64,000 bases of DNA from Ktedonobacterales bacterium (GCA_025935195.1 JAICVS010000003.1:124-64123), one strand, 5' to 3'; positions 27,218 to 37,464 are shown, numbered from the stretch's first letter. Notes: generated by a model from the letters alone, not told the origin. Program-made: numbers and translations.

Positions 27218-28708
27218 ATGCTCTTCAATACTCTCACCTACGGCGGGTTCTTTCTGGCGGTCTTCGTCGTCCACTGGCTGCTGCCACAGCGTGCGCGGCG
27301 GCCGTTCCTGCTGATTGCCAGCTACTACTTCTACGCCTCGGCAATCCCCCAATACCTGCTGCTCATTCTCACGCTGACGGCCGCGAACTACGGCTTCGGC
27401 CTCTGGCTCGGCCGCGCCGTAGGACGGACGAAGCGGGTTGCGCTCTGGGTCGGGATCGGGGGCAATCTCGCCTGCCTCGGCTTCTTCAAGTATAGCGGCC
27501 TGCTGGCATCGAGCGCGGTGAGCATCGCGCGCCACCTGCCGGGCATCCTACAACCAGTGCAGGATCCGATCGTCGTCAATGTGGTGCTGCCGCTCGGCAT
27601 CTCGTTCTTCACCTTCGAGTTCATCCACTATCTGGCGGAGGTCTACAAGGGCCTGCGCCCGATGAAGCACCCGATTGACTTCGCGTTGTTCGCGGCCTTC
27701 TTTCCCACGCAGATCGCCGGGCCTATCAAGCGGTTTCCCGATTTTGCCAAGCAGCTCCTGCACCCTCAGCGGTTCCGTGAGGTGGATTTCGACGCGGGCA
27801 TCGGCCTTATTCTGCGCGGCCTGCTGAAGAAGGTCTTGCTTGCGGATGTGCTCTCGCCGCTGGTGGCGGTGGCATTCGCGCAGCCCGGCGCGCTGGGGCC
27901 GGCCGCCGCCTGGTTCGCGGTCTTCGCGTTCGCGGCGCAAATCTACGGCGATTTCTCCGGCTATACCGACATCGGACGCGGGAGCGCGCTGCTGCTGGGC
28001 TACTGGGTGCCAGAGAATTTCAGCCGCCCGTACCAGTCCGCCACGCCCGCGGAGTTCTGGCATCGCTGGCATATGTCGCTCTCCACCTGGTTGCGCGACT
28101 ACCTCTACATTCCGCTCGGCGGCTCGCGGGTGGCGCGCTGGCGGGTGTACGTGAATCTGATGATCACGATGGCGCTGGGCGGGCTGTGGCATGGGGCATC
28201 GTGGCACTTCATGGTCTGGGGCGTCTATCAGGGCGTATTGCTGTGCGGCCATCGCCTCTGGTCGCGCACCGTTGGGCGTGTTCCGCTGTACGCTGGCGCG
28301 ATGGCAACGGTCGCCGGCCAGTTCGTGAGCCGGGCGGCGACGCTCGTGCTGGTCTGCGCAGGCTGGGTGATCTTCCGCGCGCCGTCGGTCGGGGCATCGC
28401 TGCGCATGTTCCGTAGCATGGTGGCGATCCATCGGCCGGCCTGGGCCGGTCTGCACCCGGCCGCGCTCTCCACGCCGATGCTGCTGATGCTGGGTGTGAC
28501 CGTGGTGGTGGTCGGCGGCTGGGTCTACGCGATCGCCAGGCCGCTCATGGGCGGAGTGTGGGAGCGCGCCGCCGTGCGTGTGCGCTCCGAGTGGTGGCCC
28601 GCCGCGCACGTCTTCTTCGTGCGGCCCGCCTTCTTTGCGGCGGCGGTGTTGCTGCTGACACTGTGGCCCCCGCACAGCAGCCCGCGCTTTATCTACTTCC
28701 AGTTCTGA
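27218..28708 (+). CDS. MBOAT family O-acyltransferase (AlgI/DltB/PatA-like)
   Basis: PLGISFFTF, GPI, DFSGYTD, ENFSRPY, EFWHRWHMSLSTWLRDYLYIPLGG, GLWHGA, FIYFQF. Confidence 0.95.
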   Translation: MLFNTLTYGGFFLAVFVVHWLLPQRARRPFLLIASYYFYASAIPQYLLLILTLTAANYGFGLWLGRAVGRTKRVALWVGIGGNLACLGFFKYSGLLASSAVSIARHLPGILQPVQDPIVVNVVLPLGISFFTFEFIHYLAEVYKGLRPMKHPIDFALFAAFFPTQIAGPIKRFPDFAKQLLHPQRFREVDFDAGIGLILRGLLKKVLLADVLSPLVAVAFAQPGALGPAAAWFAVFAFAAQIYGDFSGYTDIGRGSALLLGYWVPENFSRPYQSATPAEFWHRWHMSLSTWLRDYLYIPLGGSRVARWRVYVNLMITMALGGLWHGASWHFMVWGVYQGVLLCGHRLWSRTVGRVPLYAGAMATVAGQFVSRAATLVLVCAGWVIFRAPSVGASLRMFRSMVAIHRPAWAGLHPAALSTPMLLMLGVTVVVVGGWVYAIARPLMGGVWERAAVRVRSEWWPAAHVFFVRPAFFAAAVLLLTLWPPHSSPRFIYFQF

Positions 28709-28752
28709 GCGCGGCTCTGTTTCCCGCTCCTGATCCTGATCTCGGCCCGGCG

Positions 28753-30960
28753 CTATGGGCAGAGACGCGCCGCGCCCGCGCTCTGCCACATGACGGCGAG
28801 GGTCGTGTCGCCCTTCAAGCCAGGAACAGTGTAGGTGGGCATTCCACCGGCCAGGACGAGCGGCGAGCCGGTGGGGAACGGGCAGGCAGGCGCGGGCGTG
28901 TGGATGGCGACGGTGAGCGCGTAGGTGGAGCCCGCCTGACGTGTCAGCAGCAGACTGTAGGCGCTCGTGGGAGTCGCTGGGGCGGGGACGGCCCAGGTGA
29001 GGGTGACGGTGTGGCTGAAGTGGGGAGCCAGGCCGATGCCGCCGCCGAAGACGTCACGCGCGCCGGCGTGGCGCACGCGGTCCAGCGAGAGCAGCCCGGA
29101 CCACTGGAGGAGCTGCGCGCCGGCGGGAACGTAAACCTGGATCTCGTCGTAGAAGCCCGTCACACCCTGTGGATCGTAGGGGTCGTCGTGCGGGTCGTAG
29201 GCGTAGTGGATGGTGAGCGTGTGTGTCACACTGCCGTCCGCGCCCACGGTCACATCGTCGCTGGCGGTCTCCGTCGTGTATTGCGATGCCTTGTTGATGC
29301 CGACGTTGTCGTCCACCAGCGTGAGCGTGTCGCCGGCGACGGGCGGCAGCGCGTTGGTGAAGTGCGCGCGGTCCAGCAGCGCGTAGACACCGGGATCGTT
29401 GACGTAGACCTGGAGGTCTTTCGCCGTCAGCGCGTCGCGCACGATGGTGAGCGCGCCGTGAAGCTGGGCCGGCGGCAGCGCGCGCAGGCGGGCGAAGACG
29501 GTCTCACCGAGCACGGAGGTGAAACGCTTGCGCTCGGATGTGTTCGTGCCGGCGGGGAGCGTGCCGGTGATCTCGGGATGCGCCTGATAGAAGTGGATCT
29601 TCGCCTCGAGGTTCTCGCTGGTGACGGTCTCGTTGTAGCCCGGCAGGTCGATCGGCCCGGTGAGCGTCAGCAGTCCGGAGATGAAGCGCGGAGTGATGGC
29701 GATCACACCGTCCACGGTGTCGCCGCCGCTTTCCTGTTCGTAGATGCGCTCGGCTAGCTGGGCGTTGGTGGGAAAGTCAGGCGAGAGGTTGCTGTCGCGC
29801 AGGCCCATCGCCGGCGCCAACTGGAACCAGGAGTATTCAGGCGGGAAGGGCAGCACACGCCGCGCCGCGTTGTCCAGCAGGTAGGTGTCGCGCACGGCGG
29901 CGCTCTCGACTCTGCCACCGGCGACGGTGACGATGCCGTAGTTGCCAATGAAGCCGCCACCCGCGCGCAGCTCCGCCGAGTCCAGCAGCTCCAACAGATA
30001 CGAGGTCGGCTGCCGCACGCCGAGCAGCGCTGGCGCGGCCTGGAGCAGGGTGTCCGCGTCGGCGAACGTCTGAGGCAGCGCCGGGGTGACGCGGTCGAAG
30101 GCGGTGAGCAGCGAGGTGACGGAAGCGCCGAGGCTATTGGGGTCGCGGATGGAGCGGCGCAGCGCCTCAGCCCGCGTGATATGGGCGCGCGCATCGCTGA
30201 GGACGGCGCGCGCCTGGGTGAGCTGATCCAGCGTGAGCGCCGGCGCGGCTGGTTGGGCGGCGGTCGGTGCGGTGGGTGATGCGGTCGCGGCTGGTGTGGC
30301 GGCGGAGCCGCCAGCGGCGGCGGCGGAGGGCGAGACGGCGGCGAGAATCGGGATGGCGGCGTCGAGCGCCTCGCGGCCCGCGCTGGCAAGCTCATGCCCC
30401 ATGCGCAGCAGCGTGAGGCCGTCGGATGCGCGGCCCTGGATGCCAAGAAGCTGTGTGGCGGGGCCGAGCGCGGCGGCCTCTGTCTGGGCATCCGTCAGGT
30501 CATGATCGGTCGCGGCGACATCCGCGCGCAGTTCGAGCAGCAGAGTATGATCGAAGGGCGACGCGCTGAGCTGCTTGGCGACGCTTTGCGCATGGTGGAC
30601 GTGATCCTGCGCGGATCGCAGTGTCATGGCGAGCCGCGCCGCGCGCACGCCGAGCAGGATGCCGCCGCCAGCGCCGGTCGCCACCAGCAGCACGGTGACG
30701 CACAGCACGACGAGGAAGATCGTCCGCGCCCGGCCCCGGCGCTGGAGCAGCAGGCGCGTGGCATGACGGCGGCGCACACGCCGGAGCGCGCCGGAGTGTC
30801 GCGGCAGGGAGACGCGCGGGAGCCGGGCGGTGGGCAGATCGGCGATGGATTCCGGCTCTTCGTTGCCAACCGCTGGCATACTAGCATCACGCGGACGCGG
30901 ATGCGAACGCACCGCCGATCCAGGGCGATCAGCCGAGCCGAAACGATCCGGGGAACCCAT
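28753..30960 (-). CDS. DUF4012-like membrane-anchored extracellular protein
   Basis: TM, then YLLELLDSAELRAGGGFIGNYG, RDSNLSPDFPT, VDGVIAI, NK motifs; start uncertain. Confidence 0.8.
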   Translation of the reverse strand: MGSPDRFGSADRPGSAVRSHPRPRDASMPAVGNEEPESIADLPTARLPRVSLPRHSGALRRVRRRHATRLLLQRRGRARTIFLVVLCVTVLLVATGAGGGILLGVRAARLAMTLRSAQDHVHHAQSVAKQLSASPFDHTLLLELRADVAATDHDLTDAQTEAAALGPATQLLGIQGRASDGLTLLRMGHELASAGREALDAAIPILAAVSPSAAAAGGSAATPAATASPTAPTAAQPAAPALTLDQLTQARAVLSDARAHITRAEALRRSIRDPNSLGASVTSLLTAFDRVTPALPQTFADADTLLQAAPALLGVRQPTSYLLELLDSAELRAGGGFIGNYGIVTVAGGRVESAAVRDTYLLDNAARRVLPFPPEYSWFQLAPAMGLRDSNLSPDFPTNAQLAERIYEQESGGDTVDGVIAITPRFISGLLTLTGPIDLPGYNETVTSENLEAKIHFYQAHPEITGTLPAGTNTSERKRFTSVLGETVFARLRALPPAQLHGALTIVRDALTAKDLQVYVNDPGVYALLDRAHFTNALPPVAGDTLTLVDDNVGINKASQYTTETASDDVTVGADGSVTHTLTIHYAYDPHDDPYDPQGVTGFYDEIQVYVPAGAQLLQWSGLLSLDRVRHAGARDVFGGGIGLAPHFSHTVTLTWAVPAPATPTSAYSLLLTRQAGSTYALTVAIHTPAPACPFPTGSPLVLAGGMPTYTVPGLKGDTTLAVMWQSAGAARLCP

Positions 30961-31205
30961 CACATGTCCTCTGCTCTCCACCGCCAGCCACATCACCCGC
31001 GCCCGACGCGCCCACTACCACACGCCGCGCGCCCCGCTCGCTCAGACTATAGCAAGACAAGCTGAGAATGCGCCAAGAAAGCGGCTGGATGACATACCTT
31101 CGCTCACTCGGTCGTGTACGGCGAGTGCACCGCCCTCAGGCAAGACGTATGGCCGGTGTGGCACATTACAACTGTGGCGCGCTGGCGGCGAGATCATGCC
31201 AAGGA

Positions 31206-31883
31206 ATGAAGGGAGATGTACCCATGCACGATTGGGATGTGTCGGTGGAGGAGGCGGTTGCCATCCAGCGGCGCCTGCGCGCGCTTGTGCGGGTGGAGGC
31301 GGATGTCGCGCTGGACCAGGTGCGCATCGTGGCGGGGGTGGATGCCTCCTACAAGGATGTGGCGCGGGCGGCGGTGGTGGCGCTCGCTTTCCCGGCGCTG
31401 GAGGTGGTGGAGACGGCGGTGGCGGTGCGTGCGATCCCGTTCCCGTACGTGCCGGGGCTGCTCTCGTTCCGTGAGGCGCCAGCCGTGCTCGACGCGCTGG
31501 CGAAGCTGCGTGCGCGGCCGGATGTGCTGATCTTCGATGGGCAGGGGCTCGCGCACCCACGCCGGCTGGGCCTGGCCTCACACCTGGGTGTGTACCTCGA
31601 TATGCCGAGCGTCGGCTGCGCCAAGTCGCGCCTGGTCGGGCGCTATGAGGAACCAGGGCCGCAGATAGGCGACCGCGCGCCGCTGGTTGACCGGGGCGAG
31701 GTGGTGGGGGTGGCGCTGCGCACAAAGCCGCGCACGAATCCACTGTTCGTCTCAGTCGGTCATAAGGTTGACTTGGAGACGGCGGTGGCGCTGGTGCTGG
31801 CATGCCTGCGCGGCTATCGCCTGCCGGAGCCGACGCGGCTGGCGGACCGGCTTGCCGGCGAGCGCGCGCTGTCGGCTGAGTAG
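31206..31883 (+). CDS. nfi: Endonuclease V (deoxyinosine 3' endonuclease)
   Basis: AGVDASY, FPYVPGLLSFRE, FDGQGLAHPRRLGLASHLG, GCAKS, VSVGH, YRLPEPTRLAD. Confidence 0.96.
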   Translation: MKGDVPMHDWDVSVEEAVAIQRRLRALVRVEADVALDQVRIVAGVDASYKDVARAAVVALAFPALEVVETAVAVRAIPFPYVPGLLSFREAPAVLDALAKLRARPDVLIFDGQGLAHPRRLGLASHLGVYLDMPSVGCAKSRLVGRYEEPGPQIGDRAPLVDRGEVVGVALRTKPRTNPLFVSVGHKVDLETAVALVLACLRGYRLPEPTRLADRLAGERALSAE

Positions 31884-31887
31884 CCAG

Positions 31888-31928
31888 GAGTCGTCACCCC
31901 CGGCCCCTCTCCTTGCGAGGAGCGGGGG
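31888..31928 (+). repeat. Dispersed repeat family B
   Basis: GAGTCGTCACCCCCGGCCCCTCTCCTTGCGAGGAGCGGGGG after the nfi stop. Confidence 0.7.
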
Positions 31929-31965
31929 AGGCAGAGGGGCCGGGCGAGTGATGGTGACTTGGCGC

Positions 31966-34161
31966 CTACTTGAAGGTGATGGGGAAGGTCGTCTGGACGA
32001 ATTGGTCGGCATTCGGCGCGAGGACTTTGACCGTCACATCCCACGCGCCGGGCTGCACGACATCCATCGTACCGGTGTACTGGCCGGGCTTGGCCTTGCC
32101 GGTCTCCTTGAGTTGCACGCCGGTGCCGAATGGGGTGTTGGGGGTGGCGGCGAGCGCGCGCAGCACGACGACGGCCGCGCCCGCGAGTGGCTTGCCCTTG
32201 GCGTCCGTCACCGTCACGGTGATGGCGTTGGTGCCCACCGCGGTCGTACCCAGGCTCAGTGTCACACCCATGGTGCTGGCCTTCTGTGTCTTGGTGAAGA
32301 CGGCGGGGCCGGTGGGCGCGGCGGTGGGGCTGGAGGCTACGACCGGCGGCGCGCTGGACGCGACGGAGCCGGCGGTGGGCGTAACGGCGAGCGTGCCGGC
32401 GAAGGCGCTGAGCAGCGCCACGCAGAGCAGCACGGCGAGGCCGACGATGGCCTCCCAGAAGAGCCAATCGCTGATGCGGCGCGAGAGCGCCTGCGCCTGT
32501 GGCGGCAGCCGGTCGTTCACCGGGCGGGTTGGAGCCTCCAGCGTCGCGGTGGAGGAGCCTTTGCGGCCCTTGCGGCTGCCGGCGGCGACGAGCTGTGGTG
32601 TGGCGACGCGCGCGGCGGCGACGGCATCGGCCGCGACCAGTGTGTGGGCGAGCTGGGGGCGCAAGATGAAGGCATGGTAGGCGCTGATGCCGACCATCAG
32701 CAGGAAGAGCTCGATCTTGACCAGCAGCGTCCAGCCGTAGGCGGTGGTGATGAACTGCTGGATGGAGGTGAGCTGCACGGTGGTGCTGAGTGAGCCGGTG
32801 GAAGCGAGCAATGTGGCCGCGACGATGGCGAGCGCGCCGAACTGCGGCAGGCCGAGCGCCAGCACGCGCGCGCGCTGGCGCGCGTTCAGGCGTGTGAGCG
32901 CGGGCACGAGCACGAGACTGATGTAGAACAGGCCGCCAACCCAGGCGCTATTGGCGATCAGATGCACGAAGTCTACGGTGTTGGCGATCAGAGCTTTGTC
33001 ATCCGACGAGGCGGCATGGCCGGAGAGGGTGAACGCGACGATCAGCACCAGCGCCAGCGCCAGCTCGGCGCGGCCCACCCAGGAGCGGTGGCGCAGGCCA
33101 TCGGCCAGCCGGTGCGGCAGGCGGCGTACGTCGCCCAGCGTGTGCAGCAGCGCCTGCCGGAAGTCGGGGACGCCGGCCTCACCATCGTCCGCGAGCAGCG
33201 CCTCTTCGAGGCCGGCGGCTGATGCGGGCGCCTGGCGCATCTGCCAGCGATTGCGCGCGCTGATAAGGGTAAGCGCGAGCGCGGCGGCGGCCACGATCTG
33301 GCGCACCCACCAGAACTGGCCGAAGCGCGTGCCGAAGAGGATGTTGCCGGCGACGGAGAACGAGAAGGCGTTCGATTGCCCGGTGGCGAGGGCAATCGCG
33401 CCCATCTGGGCGAAGATGATGCCCACGTCGGCGGCGATCAGCAGGCCCAGCGCGTAGGGCGCGAGCCGGCGGAAGCGGCGCTCAGCGGCGTAGGCTGCCG
33501 CGGCGAGGCTGGAGTCCGTGGTGAGACCGGGGGCCAGCACCCAGGTCTCCCAGATCACGCCGCCGATCCAGAAGGCCAGCAGCACGAATGAGAGCCAGGT
33601 GGTGATGGTGAGGGCGATGGTCGGGGCGTCCAGCGTGCCGTTGCCGGTCTTGGACGCTCCGCCGGGCGGCAGCTTGACGTTGGTGGCCGCCTGCACTGTG
33701 GAGCCGGGGGGCGCGTAGGTGAAGACGTAGCCGTCGCTGGTCACGTGGCCATCCACGGCGGACTGGGTGGTGAAGAGCACGAGATAGTTGCCGGCGGGCA
33801 GGTTGTCTTCAATCGAGACCTGCATCTGGCGCGCGTCGCTCTTGAAGACGATGCTGTCGCCTTTATCCACCTGGTTGTAGCTGGACGAATCGAGCACGCG
33901 CACCTTGGTGAGTGTGGGGTTGAGCGCCTCGCTGTACCACAGATGCGCCACCTTGGGCGCCACGGTGACGGTCGAGTCCGGGGCGGGATCGGCCTTGACC
34001 AGATTGGAGTGCGCCGAGGCGGTGGGCAGCGTGCCGGCGAACGGGCTGGCTGGCACCATCAGCGCCAGCGCGAGGAACGCGCCGCAGATCGCCGCGAGCG
34101 CCAATGGCCGCAGGTGGCGCCGTGCCGGGCGCCCTCGCCACACCTGAGCGGAAGACCTCAT
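31966..34161 (-). CDS. Copper resistance/uptake CopC-CopD fusion with C-terminal YtkA/FixH-like domain
   Basis: Signal peptide then AHSNLVKADP (N-terminal His), SAVDGH, SGHA, HLIANSAWVGGL, YGWTLLVK. Confidence 0.88.
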   Translation of the reverse strand: MRSSAQVWRGRPARRHLRPLALAAICGAFLALALMVPASPFAGTLPTASAHSNLVKADPAPDSTVTVAPKVAHLWYSEALNPTLTKVRVLDSSSYNQVDKGDSIVFKSDARQMQVSIEDNLPAGNYLVLFTTQSAVDGHVTSDGYVFTYAPPGSTVQAATNVKLPPGGASKTGNGTLDAPTIALTITTWLSFVLLAFWIGGVIWETWVLAPGLTTDSSLAAAAYAAERRFRRLAPYALGLLIAADVGIIFAQMGAIALATGQSNAFSFSVAGNILFGTRFGQFWWVRQIVAAAALALTLISARNRWQMRQAPASAAGLEEALLADDGEAGVPDFRQALLHTLGDVRRLPHRLADGLRHRSWVGRAELALALVLIVAFTLSGHAASSDDKALIANTVDFVHLIANSAWVGGLFYISLVLVPALTRLNARQRARVLALGLPQFGALAIVAATLLASTGSLSTTVQLTSIQQFITTAYGWTLLVKIELFLLMVGISAYHAFILRPQLAHTLVAADAVAAARVATPQLVAAGSRKGRKGSSTATLEAPTRPVNDRLPPQAQALSRRISDWLFWEAIVGLAVLLCVALLSAFAGTLAVTPTAGSVASSAPPVVASSPTAAPTGPAVFTKTQKASTMGVTLSLGTTAVGTNAITVTVTDAKGKPLAGAAVVVLRALAATPNTPFGTGVQLKETGKAKPGQYTGTMDVVQPGAWDVTVKVLAPNADQFVQTTFPITFK

Positions 34162-34310
34162 TCCTGTGCCTCCAACCTCATGTCACCTCAAGTCACGGTA
34201 CTACACGCGGCCGCACTACGACGCTTCGCGGCCCATTCTACATCTGTTGCTGCTGGGGGGCTATTGGTCATCTGGCATATTGCGTCGCGGCGCGAGGCGC
34301 AGCCGTGCTG

Positions 34311-34330
34311 ATTTTGCAGATATTTTGCAG
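34311..34330. promoter_or_regulatory. Direct repeat ATTTTGCAG x2 (11-bp period) upstream of copCD
   Basis: attttgcag-at-attttgcag; possible regulator binding site. Confidence 0.3.
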
Positions 34331-34476
34331 TGCGCGGCATGCCATAAGGACTACCACCTCCCATCACCCACACGACTTGCACAGGGAACAGGCGAGACGC
34401 CGGCCACCGGGAATGGCAGCCGGCGTCTCCAAGGCGGGGCGCAGGGCGCCCGCGCCGATGCGCTACAAGAGCGAGG

Positions 34477-36060
34477 CTACGACATCAGCGGGACGGCGAT
34501 TGGCTCTTCGTGGTAGTCGCCGGTTGTGGTCTTGTCGGTGCCGCGCGCCATGCCGACGGCGTTGAAGATCAGCGTCAGCACGCCGGCGACGACGAAGTTC
34601 AGGATCAGCGAGTAGAAAGCGGCGTAGCCGGGGATGGTCAGGCCGCCCAGGTGCAGCGGGAAGGTGGACGAGTTGAACGGCGCGCTGCCGCCCGACACGT
34701 TGACGTATGCCATGTACGTGCCGCTGATCATGCCAATCGCCCAGCCGATCAAGAGCGCCGTGCGGTTGAACCAGCGGGTGTAGAGGCCGACGACGACGGA
34801 CGGCAGCGTCTGGATGATCCACACGCCGCCGAGCAGCTGGAGCTGGATGGCGTACTGCAGGGGCAGGAAGATGATGAAGGCGAGCGCGCCGAGCTTGACC
34901 ACCAGCGAGACGAGCTTCGCCATGTTCGCTTCCTGCCGGTCGGTGGCGTTGGGGTTGATGTATTCCTTGTAGACGTTGCGTGTGAACAGGTTGGAGGCCG
35001 CGATCGACATGATCGCCGCCGGCACGAGCGCGCCGATGGCGATGGCGGCGAAGGCGAAGCCGACGAACCAGTCCGGGAAGGAGTTCAGGAAGAGCGCGGG
35101 GACGGCGAAGTTGTTGCCGTACTGCTTGAACAGTCCGGCGAACTGCGGCTTGGCCTTGACGCCGGCCGTGACGGCCATGTAGCCCAGCAGCGCGATCAGA
35201 CCGAGCAGGAAGGAGTAGGCGGGCAGCAGCGCGGTGTTGCGCTTGATGACGTTGCGGCTGTTGGCGCTGAGGACGCCGGTGACGGAGTGGGGGTAGAGGA
35301 AGAGCGCCAGCGCCGAGCCGAAGGCGAGGGTGGCGTAGGCGGCTTCGTTGCCGAAGTTTGCGGCGGTCGGCGTGGGGAAGATCAGGTTCTTGGCCGGCTG
35401 GGTGGCGAAGATGTGGCCGTAGCCACCGAGCTGCGTCGGGATGATGATCACGGCGGCGAGCACGGTGATGTAGATCAGCGTGTCCTTGACCAGCGCGATC
35501 ATGGCGGGGGCGCGCAGGCCGCTAGTGTAGGTGTAGGCGGCGAGGATCACGAAGGCGATGATCAGCGGCAGGTCGGCGGCGAATCCCGTTCCCTGGAGGC
35601 CCATGCCGGCGAGCACGACCTGGATGCCCACGAGCTGGAGGGCGATGTAGGGCATGGTGGCGAGGATGCCGGTGAAGGCGATGGCCAGCGCGAGCCAATG
35701 GCTGTCGTAGCGGCCGCGCACGAAGTCGGCGGAGGTGACGTAGCCGTGCTTCTTGGCGACCGACCAGAGGCGCGGCATCACCAGGAAGACGAAGGGGTAG
35801 GTGATGATGGTGTAGGGCAGGGCGAAGAAGCCGATGGCGCCGGCGCCGAAGACGAGGGCGGGGACGGCGACGAAGGTGTAGGCGGTGTAGAGGTCGCCGC
35901 CGAGCAGGAACCAGGAGACGACCGTGCCGAAGCGGCGGCCGGCCAGGCCCCATTCGTGGAGCGTGTCGAGGTCGCCGCGGCGCCAGCGGGCGGCGAAGAA
36001 GCCGAGGACGGTGACGAGCGCGAAGAGCAGGATGAAGACGATCAGGGCGGTGACGTTCAT
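34477..36060 (-). CDS. mctP: Sodium:solute symporter, monocarboxylate permease MctP-like
   Basis: EWGLAGRRFG, WFLLGGDLYTAYTF, ATMPYIALQLVG, LFLYPH, ALVPAAIMSIAASNLFTRN. Confidence 0.88.
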   Translation of the reverse strand: MNVTALIVFILLFALVTVLGFFAARWRRGDLDTLHEWGLAGRRFGTVVSWFLLGGDLYTAYTFVAVPALVFGAGAIGFFALPYTIITYPFVFLVMPRLWSVAKKHGYVTSADFVRGRYDSHWLALAIAFTGILATMPYIALQLVGIQVVLAGMGLQGTGFAADLPLIIAFVILAAYTYTSGLRAPAMIALVKDTLIYITVLAAVIIIPTQLGGYGHIFATQPAKNLIFPTPTAANFGNEAAYATLAFGSALALFLYPHSVTGVLSANSRNVIKRNTALLPAYSFLLGLIALLGYMAVTAGVKAKPQFAGLFKQYGNNFAVPALFLNSFPDWFVGFAFAAIAIGALVPAAIMSIAASNLFTRNVYKEYINPNATDRQEANMAKLVSLVVKLGALAFIIFLPLQYAIQLQLLGGVWIIQTLPSVVVGLYTRWFNRTALLIGWAIGMISGTYMAYVNVSGGSAPFNSSTFPLHLGGLTIPGYAAFYSLILNFVVAGVLTLIFNAVGMARGTDKTTTGDYHEEPIAVPLMS

Positions 36061-36154
36061 GTGCGGCTCCTTGGCTGGGAGATTCCAACGAGCGGGAGGG
36101 CCGCGTCTGACGAGCCGATCCCGCGTGGGCCGTCTGTCGTCGTGTGGCGCTGTG

Positions 36155-36361
36155 TCACTTGGTAGCGAAGTAGACCACGGCGGTGAGGGCCGCGCCGATG
36201 ATCACCCAGAGGAACTGGTACCAGTAGAAGAAGGGGATGCCCGCCAACTCCGGCTGGATGGAGTTGTAGAAGGGCACCCAGAGCAGCGCGATGAATGGGA
36301 CGACGAGGAGCAGGTACCACCAGCGTTTGCCGCCGCGATTGGCGGCCGGTCGGTCTACCAT
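36155..36361 (-). CDS. DUF3311 small membrane partner of the SSS permease
   Basis: VPFYN...P.LAGIPFFYWYQFLW; typical position upstream of mctP. Confidence 0.88.
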   Translation of the reverse strand: MVDRPAANRGGKRWWYLLLVVPFIALLWVPFYNSIQPELAGIPFFYWYQFLWVIIGAALTAVVYFATK

Positions 36362-36532
36362 ACCGAGTTCCCTTTCGCTGCGAGGCCAAAGCCGCGACGC
36401 GATCCACTATCGCGCCGCGAGTCTTTGGTAGCAAGGAGTATACCAGATACAGGGGCGGCTCAGCAGCAGGAATCCGGGTGCGCTCTTGCGCCGGCTGGCT
36501 CAGCTTGCGGGGGGCGCGGGCAGCGATTGCTG

Positions 36533-36895
36533 GCTCGCGGCACTGAAGTGCCGGCGCACGCCAATGGGCTGAAGCCCCACGGAGATGCCAACAGTGCGAT
36601 ACGACGCGATATGTTCTCCAGGCAGGGAGGAGATGTGGTGGGGGATGGCAATGTTGACTGGTGCGGTGAACATTGCCGTTTTTGCCGTTTTTCGATTTTG
36701 TGGCGGATGGCGATCCGGCGCGGAGGCAGAATTGAAGCCGGTTTGCGCGACGTGGCAACTTGACGTTTTGTGTTATGGGCGGCAAAAGTGGCAAGGATCG
36801 GCAAGAGATGTTTGCCGCTTTCATTGCCACTTGGGGTGTAAGGGGTTGCCGTTCGTCGTGCCGTCCGCGATTCTGTGATGTCATTTTCATTGCCG
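36533..36895. repeat. Dispersed intergenic element copy 2 (REP-like hairpin doublet + GGCAA/TTGCC array)
   Basis: See copy 1; the core motifs are offset by a constant 21346 bp. Confidence 0.85.
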
Positions 36896-36964
36896 CCACT
36901 CTCCCCCGCTCCCCGCTTCCCGCCGCGCCTGCTTGTGAGGTCTCGCCACTGCTTCATCGAGATC

Positions 36965-36994
36965 AATATGGAACGTACGCTTCAATTTTGTCAA
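36965..36994 (-). promoter_or_regulatory. Sigma70-type promoter reading into element copy 2
   Basis: TTGACA-18 bp-CATATT on the minus strand. Confidence 0.45.
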
Positions 36995-37227
36995 GGTGAA
37001 GCGGTGAGAGCGGGAAGGTATCGGGCAGGAACGTGGCATGCGCGAGGGCGGGCTGGGTTGGGTAGGGAACGTGGCGTGCATAGGGAGCCGGCTGGCGGTT
37101 GAAACCGCCCCTGGAGGGCGTGCCGCCGCGAAACCGGCCTGCGCCGCTTGGGGAGAGAGCGGGTGATGCGTGGCGAGTCGGGCCGTATACGGGGAGCGCC
37201 GGAGGGCGGAGGGCAGGTCAGCGGCTC

Positions 37228-37256
37228 TTGCGTTTGGCGGCGAACTGTGATATGGT
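37228..37256 (+). promoter_or_regulatory. tRNA promoter
   Basis: TTGCGT-17 bp-TATGGT with extended TG. Confidence 0.55.
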
Positions 37257-37290
37257 ACATGGCGCTGGCGGCGTGCGCGCCGAGGGCCAT

Positions 37291-37361
37291 TCCGGGATCG
37301 TCTAGTGGTAGGACGACTGACTCTGGATCAGTTAACCGTGGTTCGAATCCACGTCCCGGAG
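37291..37361 (+). tRNA. tRNA-Gln (anticodon CTG), CCA not encoded
   Basis: Acceptor stem TCCGGGA/TCCCGGA; D arm GTCTAGTGGTAGGAC; anticodon arm ACTGA-CTCTGGA-TCAGT; T arm CGTGG-TTCGAAT-CCACG. Confidence 0.97.
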
Positions 37362-37379
37362 CCGAACATCATCACGGCG

Positions 37380-37413
37380 TGGGAGCTGGGTATCACCTGG
37401 CTCCCATTTTTTT
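37380..37413 (+). terminator. Rho-independent terminator after the tRNA
   Basis: TGGGAGCTGGGT-ATC-ACCTGGCTCCCA followed by T7. Confidence 0.8.
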
Positions 37414-37464
37414 GTCGGATGGGATGTGCCGGATGCGGCAAGGTTGTTGTCGCTCGCAAGCTTT

